Assembly: GCF_009914755.1 (NCBI RefSeq)
Contig: NC_060945.1
From: the human T2T-CHM13v2.0 reference genome, Homo sapiens
Strand: one strand, 5' to 3'
Length of the DNA stretch: 64,000 bases
Part shown: one piece after another, positions 44,201 through 57,800 of the stretch
Position numbering within the stretch: the first letter of the stretch is position 1
Layout of the letters: every line of letters begins with the position of its first letter
The notes under the pieces: model-generated
The model's input: the letters and a program-made list of their open reading frames with translations, nothing else
What the model was told of the DNA's origin: nothing
The model's database searches: none
Position numbers and translations under genes: made by a program

Positions 44201-47200
44201 CAAAATATCAAAATACACCTATTATATATTATACACTCTACATGAAATGTCTAAGTACAGCAAATATATATTATATACTGTACATAAAATACCAAACTGC
44301 CCGAAATATATATGATATACTGTACATAAAATATCAAGGTACAAAAACTATATATTATACACTGTACATAAAATATCAATGTACACAAAGTATATATTCC
44401 ATACTGTACCTAAAATAATAAAGTACCCAAAATATATATTTTATAGTGTTCATAAAATATCAAAGTACCCAAAATATATATTATACTCTGTACTTAAAAT
44501 ATCAAACTACCTAAACTATATGTTATATACTGTACATAAAATATCAAATTACACAAACTACATATTATATACTGTACATAAAATATCAAATTACACAAAG
44601 TATATACTGTATGCTGTACATAAGATATTAAAGTACCAAAAATATATATTATATGCTGTACAGAAAATATCAAATTTCCCATATATATATTATATACGGT
44701 ACATAAAATATCAAAGTACCCAAAAAATATATTATATACTATACATAAAATATGAAATACACCAAATATATATTATAGGCTGTACATAAAACATCAAATT
44801 ACACCAAATATATATTACATGCTGTACATAAAATATCACAGTACTCAAAATATATATTGTATACTGTACAAAAAAAATCAAAGTACCCAAAATGTATATT
44901 ATATACTGTACATCAAATATGAAAGTAACCAAAGTATATATTACATACTGTACATCAAAAATCAAGGTACATATACTATATATTATATACTGTACATAAA
45001 ATATCAAAGTACCAAAGCTATAAATTATATAATGTACATTAAATATCAAAGTAATCAAACTATATATCATATACTGTACCTAAAATATCAAAGTACACAA
45101 AATATATACTCTATACTCTACAGAAAATATCAAAGTACACAAACTATATATTATATCATGTACATAATATGTCAAAGTAGACAAACTATGTATTATATAC
45201 TGTACATAAAATATCAAAATACACCAAGTATATATTATATACAACACAAAAAATATAAAAGTACCCAAAGTATATATTATATACTGTACATAAAATATCA
45301 AAGTACAAAAACTATAAATTATATACTGTACAAAAAATTTTAAGTACACCAAATATATATAATATAGTATACCTAAAATATCAAAGTACCCAAACTATAT
45401 ATTTTATACTGTACATAAAATATCAAAGTACCCAAACTATATATTATATACTGTACATAAAATATCAAAGTACACCAAATACATATTATGTACTATACAT
45501 AAAATATCAAAGAAAACCAAATATATATTATAAGCTGTACATAAAATATCAAAGAATCCAATCAATATATTATATAATTTACATAAAATATCAAAGTAAC
45601 CAACTATATGTTATATACTGTACATAAAATATGAAAGTACCGAAACTATATATTATATACTGTATATTAAGTATCAAATACGCAAAACATATATTATACA
45701 CTGTATATAAAATATCAAAGTAACCTAAATATATATTATATACTATACATATATCAAAGTACCCCAAATATATATTATAAGCTGTACATAAAATATCAAA
45801 GTACACCAAATATATACTCTATACTGTACATAAAATATGAAAGTACACCAAATATAAATTATACACTATACCAAAAATATCAAAGTACACCAATATATAT
45901 TACAAAATACAAATAAATTATCAATGTACACCAATTATATCGTATATACTCTACATGAAATAACCAAATACAGGAAATATTAATTAAACAGTGTACATAA
46001 AATATAAAAGTACACCAAATATATATTATATACTGTACATAAAATATCATATACCCAAAGATATATTATATACTGTACATAAAATATCAAAGTACCGAAA
46101 ATACATATTTTATACTATACATAAAATATCACAGTACACCAAATATATATTATATACTGTACATAAAATATGAAAGATCACGTAATATATATTATATACT
46201 GTACATAAAAAATCAAAGTTCATGAAATGTGTTATATACTGTACATCAAATATGAAAGTACACCAAATATATATTATACACTGTACCTAAAAGCAAAATA
46301 CACCGAATATATATTATATACTGTACATAAAATATCAAAATACACCAATTATATATTATACACTATACAGAAAATATCAACGTACACCAAATATATATTA
46401 TATACAGTACATAAAATATCAAAGTACACCAAATATATATAATATATTGTACATAAAATGTCAAAGTACACCAAATATATATTATATACTGTACATAAAA
46501 ATAGAAAGTACACCAAATATGTATTATATACTGTACATAAAATATCAAAGTACACCAAATATATATAATATACTGTACATAAAATACCAAAGTAAACCCA
46601 ATACATATTTTATGCTGTACATAAATATGAAAGTACACAAAATATATATTATATACAGTATATAAAGTATTAACGTACACCAAAAACATATTATGTACTG
46701 TACATAAAATTAAATACACCAAATACATTTTATATACTAGACCTAAAGTATCAAAAGTTACTCTAGATAAATATTATGTATTTTACGTAAAATAACAAAT
46801 ATTACACCAAATATATATTATATTCTGCCCAAAAAATACCAAAAATTACACCAAATACATACTATATACTGTACATAAAATATCAAATAGTACACCAAAT
46901 ACATATAACGTACTGTACGTAAAATATCAAAAAGTACACCAAATACATATTATGTACTGTATATAAAATATCAAAGAACACAAAATATATATCATATAGT
47001 GTAAATAAAAAATCAAGTTACACAATACATATATTATATACTGTAGATAAAATATCAAATTACTCAAAATACATATTATGTACTGTACATAAAATATCAA
47101 AGTAAAGTAAAAACATATTATATACTGTGTATAAATATCAAAGTACACCGAATACATATTATATACTGTACATAAAATATCAAAAGTACACCAAATACAT

Positions 47201-50200
47201 GTTATATACTTTACATAAAATATCTAAGTACACCAAATTCATATTATATACTGTACATAAAATATGAAAGTAAACCAAATGCATATTATATACTACACAA
47301 AAAAATTGAAAGCACACCAAATTCATATTATATACTGTACATAAAATAACAAGGGACACAAAATAAGTATTATACACTGTACATAGAGTAACAAAGTACA
47401 CAAAATACATATTATACACTGTACATAACATATCAATGTACACAAAATAGAAATTATATACTGTACATAAAATATAAACTATACCAAAAACATATTCTAT
47501 ACTGTACATAAAATATCAAAGTACACAAAATACACATTATATACTTTACATAGTTTATCAAAGTACACAAAATACATCTAAAATGTACATAAAATGTCAA
47601 AGTTACACAAAATACATATTATATACCATAGATAAAATATCAAAGTACACAAAATACATATGATATACAGTACACAGAATATAAAAGTACACCAAATACA
47701 TATTATATGCTGTACATAAGATATCAAAAAGTGCACAGAATTCATAATATATACTGTATATAAAATATCAGAGTACACTAAATACATATTATATACTCTA
47801 CATAAAATATAAAAGTACACAGAATACATATTATATACTGTACATAAAATATGAGAGTACACAAAATACATATTATATACTGTACATAAAATATCAAACA
47901 GTACACCAAATACATCCTATATACTGTTCATAAAGTATCAAAAATTACACCAAATACATATTGTATAGTGAACATAAAGTATAAAAAGGACACCAAATAC
48001 ATATTATATACTCTACATATAATATCAAAATGTACAACAAATACATATTATATAATCTCCATAAAATATCAAAGTACAAAAAATACATGTGTTGTGTGCA
48101 TAAAATATCAAGTTACACAAAATACTTATGATATACTGTACAGAAAATATCAAAGTACACAGAATACATATTATATACTGTACATAAAATATCAAAGTAC
48201 ACAAAATACATATTATATACTGTATATAAGATATCAAACAGCACACCAAATACTTATTATATACTGTACATAATATATCAAACAGTACACCATATACATA
48301 TTATATACTGTACATAAAGTATCAAAAATTACACCAAATACATATTATATACTGTACATATAATATCAAAATGTGCACCAAATACATAATCTATACTGTA
48401 CATAAAATATCAAAATGTACACCAAATACATATTATATACTGTTCATAAAATATCAAAAACTACACCAAATTCATAGTATATACTTTACATAATATATCA
48501 AAGTACAAAAAATACATATTATATTGTGTACAGAAAATATAAAGGTACACAAAATACTTATTATATACTCTACATAAAATATCAGATTTCACAAAATACA
48601 TATTGTATACCGCACAAAAAATATCAAAGTACACTAAATACATATTTTACACTGTATATAAAATATCAAAGTACAACAAATACATATTAGGCACTCTACA
48701 TAAAATATAAAATTACACAAAATACGTATTATATACTGTACATAAAATATAAAATACACAAAAAATATATTATATACTCTACATAAAATATCAAATAGTA
48801 CACCAAATACATATTATATACTGTACATAATGTATCAAAAGGTACACCAAATACTTATTATATACTGTACATAAAGTATCAAAAAGTACACCAAACACAT
48901 ATTATATAATGTATATAAAATATCAAAAAGTATACCAAATACATATTATATACTGTAAATAAATTATCCAAAAGTACACCAAATACACATTATATACTGT
49001 ATATTAAATATCAAAATGTATACCAAATACATATTTTATACTGTATATAAAATCAAAAATTACACCAAATACATATTACATACTGTACATAAAATATCAA
49101 AAAGTACACCAAATACATGTAATACACCGTACATAAAAAATCTTAAAGTACACCAAATACATATTATATACTGTACATAGAATATCAAAGTTCACAAAAT
49201 ACACATTATATACCGCACATAAAATATCAAAGGACACTAAATACATATTTTACACTGTACATAAAATATCAAACTACAACAAATACATATGCACTGTACA
49301 TAAAATATCAGAGTACACAAAAAACATATTATATACTGTACATAAAATAACAAAGTACACAAAATACATATTATATACTTTACGTAATATATCAAAGTAC
49401 ACAAAATATATATATACTGTACATAATATGTGAAAGTTACACAAAATACATATTATATACCGTAGATAAAATATCAAAGTACACAAAATACATATTATAT
49501 ACAGTACATAAAATATCAAAGTACACCAAATACATATTATATACTGTACATAAGATATCAAAAAGTACACAGAAATCATGATATATACTTTATATAAAAT
49601 ATCAAAATACATCAAATACATATTATGTACTCTACATAAAGTATCAAAAAGTACACAAAATACATATTATATAATGTACATAAAATATCAAACAGTACAC
49701 CAAATACATATTATATACTGTACATAAAGTATCAAAAGGTACACCAAATACATACTATATACTGTACATAATATATCAAAGTTCAAAAAAATACATATTA
49801 TATTGTGTTCATAAAATATCAAGTACACAAAATACATATTATATACTGTACAGAAAATATCAAATAGTGTACCAAATATTTATTTTATATTATAAATAAA
49901 ATACCAAATAGTACACCAAATATATATTACATTCTCTATATAAAATACCAAAATATACAACAAATACATATTATATACTGTACATATATTATCAATTACT
50001 ACACGAAATACATATTATAAACTTTACCTAAAATATCAAAGTACAACGAATACATTTCATATACTGCACATAAAATATCAAATAGTACACCAAATACATG
50101 TTATATACAGTACATAAAATATGAATGTACACAAAATACATATTATATACTGTACATAAAATATCGAAGTACACAAAATACATATTATATACTGTACACA

Positions 50201-51840
50201 AAATATCAAAGTACACAAAATACATATTATATACTATACTTAGTATATCAAATAGTAAACCAAATACATATTATATACTGTACATAATGAATCAAAGGGT
50301 ATACCAAATACATATTTTATACTGTACATAAATTATCAAAAAGTACACCAAATACATATTATATAATGTACATAAAATATCAAAAAGTACACCAAATACA
50401 TATTATATACTGTACATAAAATATCAAAAAGTACACGAAATACATATTATATACTATTCATAAAATATCAAAATGTACACCAAACACAATTATATAGTGT
50501 ACTTAAAATATCAAAAAGTACACCAAATACATATTATATACCATACATAAAATATGATAAAGTACACCAAATACATATTATATACCATACATAAAATATC
50601 TAAAAGTACACCAAATACATATTATATACTGTACAGAAAATATCAAATAGTACGCCAAATATTTATTATATATTATACATAAAATACCAAATAGTACACC
50701 AAATATATATTACATACTCTATATAAAATAGCAAAATATACACCAAATACATATTATATACTGTACATATATTATCAATCACTACATGAAATACATATAA
50801 TAAACTTTATATAAAATATCAAAGTACACCAAATACATATTATATACTGTACATAAAATATCAAAAAGTACACCAAATACATACTATATACAGTACATAA
50901 AATATGAATGTACACAAAATACAAATTATATACTGTACATAAAATTTGAAAGTACACAAAATATATATTATATACTGTACATAAAATACCAAAGTACACA
51001 AAATACATATTATATACTTTACATAATATATCAAAGTCCACAAAATACATATATACTGAACAAAAAATGTCAACGTTACACAAAATACATATTATATACC
51101 ATAGATAAAATATCAAAGTACACAGAATACATGTTATATACTGTACATAAGATATCAAACAGTACACAAAATACATATTACATACTGTAGGTAAAGTATC
51201 AAAAATTACACCAAATACATATTATATCCTGTACATATAATATCAAAATGTACACCAAGTACATATTTTATACTGTACATAAAATATCAAAAAGTACACC
51301 AAATACATAATATATACTGTACATAAAATATCAGAAACTACAGGAAATACATAGTATATACTCTACATAATATATGAAAGTGCAAAAAATACATATTATA
51401 TAGTGTACATAGAACATCAAGCTACACAAAATACATATTATATAATGTACATAAAATATCAAAGTTCACAAAATACATATTGTATACCGCACATAAAATA
51501 TCAAAGTACACTAAATCCATATTTTACACTGTACATAAAATATCAAAGTACAACAAATACATATTATGCACTGTACAGAAAATATAAAAGTACACAAAAT
51601 ACATATTATATTCTGTACATAAAATATAAAAGCACACAAATATCATATTATATACTCTACATAAAATATCAAATAGTACACCAAATACATATTATTTACT
51701 GTACATAAAGTATCAAAACGTACACCAAATACATATTATATACTGTAAATAAATTATCAAAAAGTACACCAAATACACATTATACACTGTGTATAAAATA
51801 TTAAAAAATTACACCAAATACATATTATATACTGTATATA
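41197..51840 (+). repeat. Human Satellite 1A (HSat1A / SAR), 42-bp AT-rich tandem repeat, A-rich strand on +
   Basis: Consensus TACTGTACATAAAATATCAAAGTACCCAAACTATATATTATA is 42 bp. Two GTAC (RsaI) sites per monomer give 17-bp and 25-bp pieces, matching the classical satellite 1 A and B units. ORF translations show the expected 14-aa period (YYILYIKYQSTQTI). Confidence 0.93.
46730..51840 (+). repeat. HSat1A variant sub-domain with frequent 43-44 bp monomers and an AAATACAT B-unit
   Basis: Monomers such as TACTGTACATAAAATATCAAAAAGTACACCAAATACATATTATA (44 bp), and ATCAAATAGTAC / ATCAAACAGTAC variants, are mixed with 42-bp CACAAAATACAT monomers. The CCCAAACTATAT form dominant at 41.2-45.7 kb is essentially absent. 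Confidence 0.8.
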
Positions 51841-51892
51841 ATATATATATAGTATATACATGTACTATAAATATATATATATAAATATGGTA
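51835..51892. other. Strand-switch (inversion) junction inside HSat1A: (TA)-rich imperfect palindrome
   Basis: Sequence TATATAATATATATATAGTATATACATGTACTATAAATATATATATATAAATATGGTA. TATAGTA (51848-51854) is the reverse complement of TACTATA (51863-51869), the flanking (AT)n extends the stem, and TACATGTA (51857-51864) is self-complementary. Monomers read on + to the left and on - to the right. Confidence 0.9.
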
Positions 51893-54800
51893 CAATATGT
51901 GTATTTTTGATATTTTATGTACAGTAGATAATATATATTTGGGGTACTTTTATATTTTAGGTACAGTATATAATATATATTTGGAGTACCTTCATATTTT
52001 ATGTAAAGAATATAATATATACTTGATGTACCTTCATATTTTAAGTCCAGTATATAATATATAGTTTTGGTACTTTGATATTTTATGTACAGTAAATAAT
52101 ATATAGCTTGAGTACTTTGATTTTTATGTACAGTTTATTATAAATTTTTGGGTACTTTCATATTTTATATACAGAATATAATACATAATTTGGGTGCTTT
52201 GATATATTATGTATAGTATATAAAACATACTTTTTGTAATTTGATATATTATGTACAGTATATAATATATATTTTGTGTACTTTGAAATTTTGTGTACAG
52301 TATATAATATATATTTGGGGTAATTTTATATTTTATGTACAGTATATAATATGTATTTGGTGTACATTGATATTTTATGTACAAAATATAATTTATACTT
52401 TGGGTAGTTTGATATTTTATGTATACTATGTAATATATAGTTTGAGTACTTTGATATATTATGAACAGTTTATTATAAATGTTTGTGTACTTTCATATTT
52501 TATGTACGGTATATAATACATACTTTGGCTACTTTGATATTTTATGTACAGTATATAATATATACTTTGGGTACTTTGATATATTATGTACAGTATATAA
52601 TATATATTTGGGGTAGTTTTATATTTTATGTTCAGTATATAATATATATTTGGTGTACATTGATATTTTATGTACAGAATATAATATATATTTGATGAAT
52701 CCTCATATTTTATGTATAGTATATAATAAATATTTGGATAGATTGACATTTTGTGTACAGTATAAAATACATATTTTTGGTACTTTGATATTTTATGTGC
52801 AGTATATAATATATATTTTGTGTACTTTCATATTTCATGTCCAGTATAAAATATATAGTTTTGGTACTTTGATAATTTATGTGCAGTATATAATACGTAC
52901 TTTGGGTACTTTGATATTTTATGTAGAGCATATAATACATACTTTGGATACTTTGATATTTTATGTACAGTATATAATACATAAGTTGGGTACTTTGATA
53001 TTTTATATACAGTATATATTACATACTTTGGGTACCTTTATATATTATGTACAATATATTAAATATTTTGGGGAGTTTGATATTTTATGTACAGTATAAA
53101 ATATGTAGTGTTGTTACTTTGATATTTTATGTCCAGTATATAATATATAGTTTGGGTACTTTGATATTTTATGTACAGTATATAATATATACTTTGAGAA
53201 CTTTAATATTTTATGTACAGTATATAATATATACTTGAGGTATTTTGATATTTTATGTACAGTATATAATATATACTTTGGGTAGTTTGATATTTTATGA
53301 CAGTTTATAATTTATAGTTTGAGTACTTTGATATTTTATGTGCAGTATACAATATATATATTGGGTAATTTGATATTTTATGTACAGTATACAATATATA
53401 TTTTGGGTACTTTGATATTTGATATCCAGTATATAATATATAGTTTGGGTACTTTGATATTTTTTGAACAATATATAGTATATATTTTGGGTACTTTGAT
53501 ATTTTATGTACAGTACATAATATATAGTTTGAGAATTTTGATATTTTATGTACAGTATATAATATATATTAGGAGTACTTTTATATTTTATGTACAGTAT
53601 ATAATATATATGTGGTGTACATTGATATTTCATGTACAGAATATAACATATATTTGATATACCTTCATATATTATGTACAGTATATAATATATAATTTGG
53701 GTAATTTGATATTTTGTGTGCAGTATATAATACATATTTTTTGTACTTTGATATTTTATTTACAGTATGTAATATATATTTTGTTTAGTTTGATATTTTA
53801 TGTACAGTATACAATATATATTTTGGGTACTTTGATATTTTATGTACAGTATAAAATACATAATTTGGGTACCTTTATATTTTATGTACAGTATATAATA
53901 TATATTTTGGGTAGCTTGATATTTTATGTACAGTATAAAATATGTAGTGTTGTTACTTTGATATTTTATGTCCAGTATATAATATATAGTTTGGGTACTT
54001 TGATATTTTATGTACAGTATATAATATACAGTTTGGGTACTTTGATATGTTATGTACAGTATATAATATATAGTTTGAGTACTTTGTTATTTTATGTACA
54101 GTTTATTATAAATGTTTGGTTACGTACATAATTTATGTACAGTATATTATACATATTTTGGGTACTTTGATATTTTATGTACAGTATACAAAATATATTT
54201 TTGGTACTTTGATATTTTATGTACAGTATATAATATACAGTTTGGGTACTTTGATATTTTATGTACAGTATATAATACAAAGTTTGGGTACTTTGATATT
54301 TTATGTACAGTATATAATATATACTTTGGGTACTTTGATATTTTATGTACAGTATATAATACATACTTTGGGTACTTTGATATTTTATGTATAGTATATA
54401 ATATACAGTTTGGGTACTTTGATATTTTATGTACATTATATAATATATATTTGGTGTACTTTGATATTTTATGTACAGAATATAATATATATTTAATGTA
54501 CCTTCATATTTTATATACAGTATATAATATATACATTGGGTACCTTGATATTTTATGTACCGTATATAATATATACTTCGGGTACTTTCATATTTTATGT
54601 GCAGCACATAATATATATTTGATGTAACTTCATATTTTATGTACAGTATATAATATATATTTGGTGTACTTTGATATTTTATGTACAGAATATAATATAT
54701 TTGATGTACCTTCATATTTTATATACAGTATATAATATATACTTTGGGTCCTTTGACATTTTATGTACAGTATATAATATATAGTTTGGGTACTTTGATA

Positions 54801-57800
54801 TTTTATGTACTGTATAGAATATATAGTTTGAGTACTTTATTTTATGTATAGTTTATTATATATGTTTGGGTAGTTTCATAATTTATGTCCAGTATATTAT
54901 ACATATTTTGGGTTCTTTGATATTTTATGTACATTATATTACATAGTTTGGGTACTTTGATATTTTATGTGCAGCATATAATATATATTTGGTGTAATTT
55001 GATATTTTATGTGCAGTACATAATGTATATTTGATGTACCTTCTTATTTTATGTACTGTATATAATATATATTTGGGCGACTTTAATATACTATGTCCAG
55101 TATATAATATATTTTGGTGTACTTTGATATTTTATGTACAGAATATAATATATATTTGATGTACCTTCATATTTTATGTACAGTACATAATATATATTTT
55201 GGGTACTTTGATATTTTATGTACAGAATATAATATACATTTTGGGTACTTTGATATTTTATGTACAGTATATACTATATAGTTTGAGTACTTTTTTATTT
55301 TATGTACAGTTTATTATAAATGTTTGGGTACTTTCATAATTTATTTACAGTATATTATACATATTTTGGGTACTTTGATATTTTATGTACAGTATATAAT
55401 ATATGTTTGGTGTAATGTGATATTTTATGTACAGTATATAATATATATTTGGTGTACTTTGATATTTTATGTACAGAATATAATATATATTTGATGTACC
55501 TTCATAATTTATGTACAGTACATAATATATATTTTGGGTACTTTCATATTTTATGTACAGTATATAATATACAGTTTGGGTACTTTGATATTTTATGTAC
55601 AGTATGTAATATATAGTTTGAGTACTTTGTTATTTTACGTACAGTTTATTATAAATGTTTGGGTACTTTCATAATTTATGTACAGTATGTTATACATACT
55701 TTTGGTACTTTGACATTTTATCTACAGTATATAATACATACTTTGTGTACTTTGATATTTTATGTACAGTATATAATATATATTTGGTGTACTTTTATAT
55801 TTTATGTACAGAATATAATATATATTTGATGTACCTTCATATTTTATGTACAGTATATAATATATACTTTGGGTACTTTGATATTTTATGTGCAGTATAT
55901 AATATACACTTTGGGAACTTTGATATTTTATGTACAGTATATAATATACAGTTGTGTACTTTGTTATTTTATGTACAGTATATTATAAATTTTTCGGTAC
56001 TTTCATATTTTATGTACAGTATATAATACAAATTTTGGGTACTTTGATATTTTATGTACAGTATATAATACATAATTTGGGTACTTTGATATTTTATGTA
56101 CAGAATATAATATATACTTGATGTACCTTCATATTTTATGTACAGTATATAACATATACATTGGGTACTTTGATATTTTATGTACAGTATATAATATATA
56201 TTTGGTGTAATGTGATATTTTATGTACAGAATAATATATATATTTGATGTACCTTCATATTTTATGTACAGTACATAATATATATTTTGGGTACTTTGAT
56301 ATTTTATGTACAGAATATAATATACATTTTGGGTACTTTGATATTTTATGTACAGTATATACTATATAGTTTGAGTACTTTTTTATTTTATGTACAGTTT
56401 ATTATAAATGTTTCGGTACTTTCATAATTTATGTACAGTATATTATACATATTTTGGGTACTTTGATATTTTATGTACAGCATATAATATATATTTGGGG
56501 TATTTTATATTTTATGTACAGTATATAATATATACTTTGGGTACTTTGATATTTTATGTACAGTATATAATACATACTTTGGGTACTTTGATATTTTATG
56601 TGCAGCATATACTATATATTTGATGTACCTTCATATTTGATGTACAGTATATAATATATATTTGGGCAACTTTAATATATTATGTACAGCATATAATATA
56701 TATTTGGTGTACTTTGATATTTTATGTACAGAATATACTATATATTTGATGTACCTTCATATTTTATGTACAGTATATAATATATACTTTGGGTCCATTG
56801 ATATTTTATGTACAGTATATAATACACAGTTTGGATACTTTGATATTTAATATACACTATATAATACATAGTTTGGGTACTTTATTTTATGTACAGTTTA
56901 TTATAAATGTTTGGGTAGTTTCATAAATTATGTACAGTATATTATACATATTTTGGGTACTTTGATATTTTATGTAGAGTATATAATATATATTTGGTGT
57001 AATGTGATATGTTATGTACAGAATAATATATATATTTGATGTACCTTCATATTTTATGTACAGTATATAATATATACTTTGGGTACTTTGATATTTTATG
57101 TACAGTATATAATATATATTTGGGTACTTTGATATTTTATGTGCAGCATATAATATACAGTTTGGGTACTTTGATATTTTATGTACACTATATAATATAC
57201 AGTTTGGGTAGTTTATTTTATCTACAGTTTATTATAAATGTTTGGGTACTTTCATAATTTATGTACAGTATATTATATATATTTTGGGTACTTTGATATT
57301 TTATGTAGAGTATATAATACATACTTTGGGTACTTCAATATTTTATGTGCACCATATAATATGTATTTGGTGTACTTTCAGATTTTATGAACAGAATATA
57401 ATATATATTTGATGTATCTTCATATTATATGTACAGTATATAATATATATTTGTGCGACCTTAATATATTATGTACAGTATATAATATATATTTGGGTGA
57501 CTTTATTATATTATGTACAGTATATAATATATTTTGGTGTACTTTGATATTTTATGTACAGAATATAATATATATTTGATGTACCTTCATATTTTATGTA
57601 CAGTACATAATATATATTTCGGGTAATTTGATATTTTATGTACAGTATATAACATACAGTTTGGGTATTTTGATATTTTATGTGCTGTATAGAATATATA
57701 GTTTGAGTACGTTTTTATTTTATTTACAGTTTAGTATAAATGTTAGGGTACTTTCATAATTTATGTACAGTATATTATATATATTTTGGGTACTTTCATA

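Noticed and set aside
49851-50920. 783-bp offset in HSat1A resembling the 785-bp HSat3 unit, suggesting a shared length constraint
   Set aside because: One coincidence among many different offsets, so it cannot be supported without a genome-wide length distribution.
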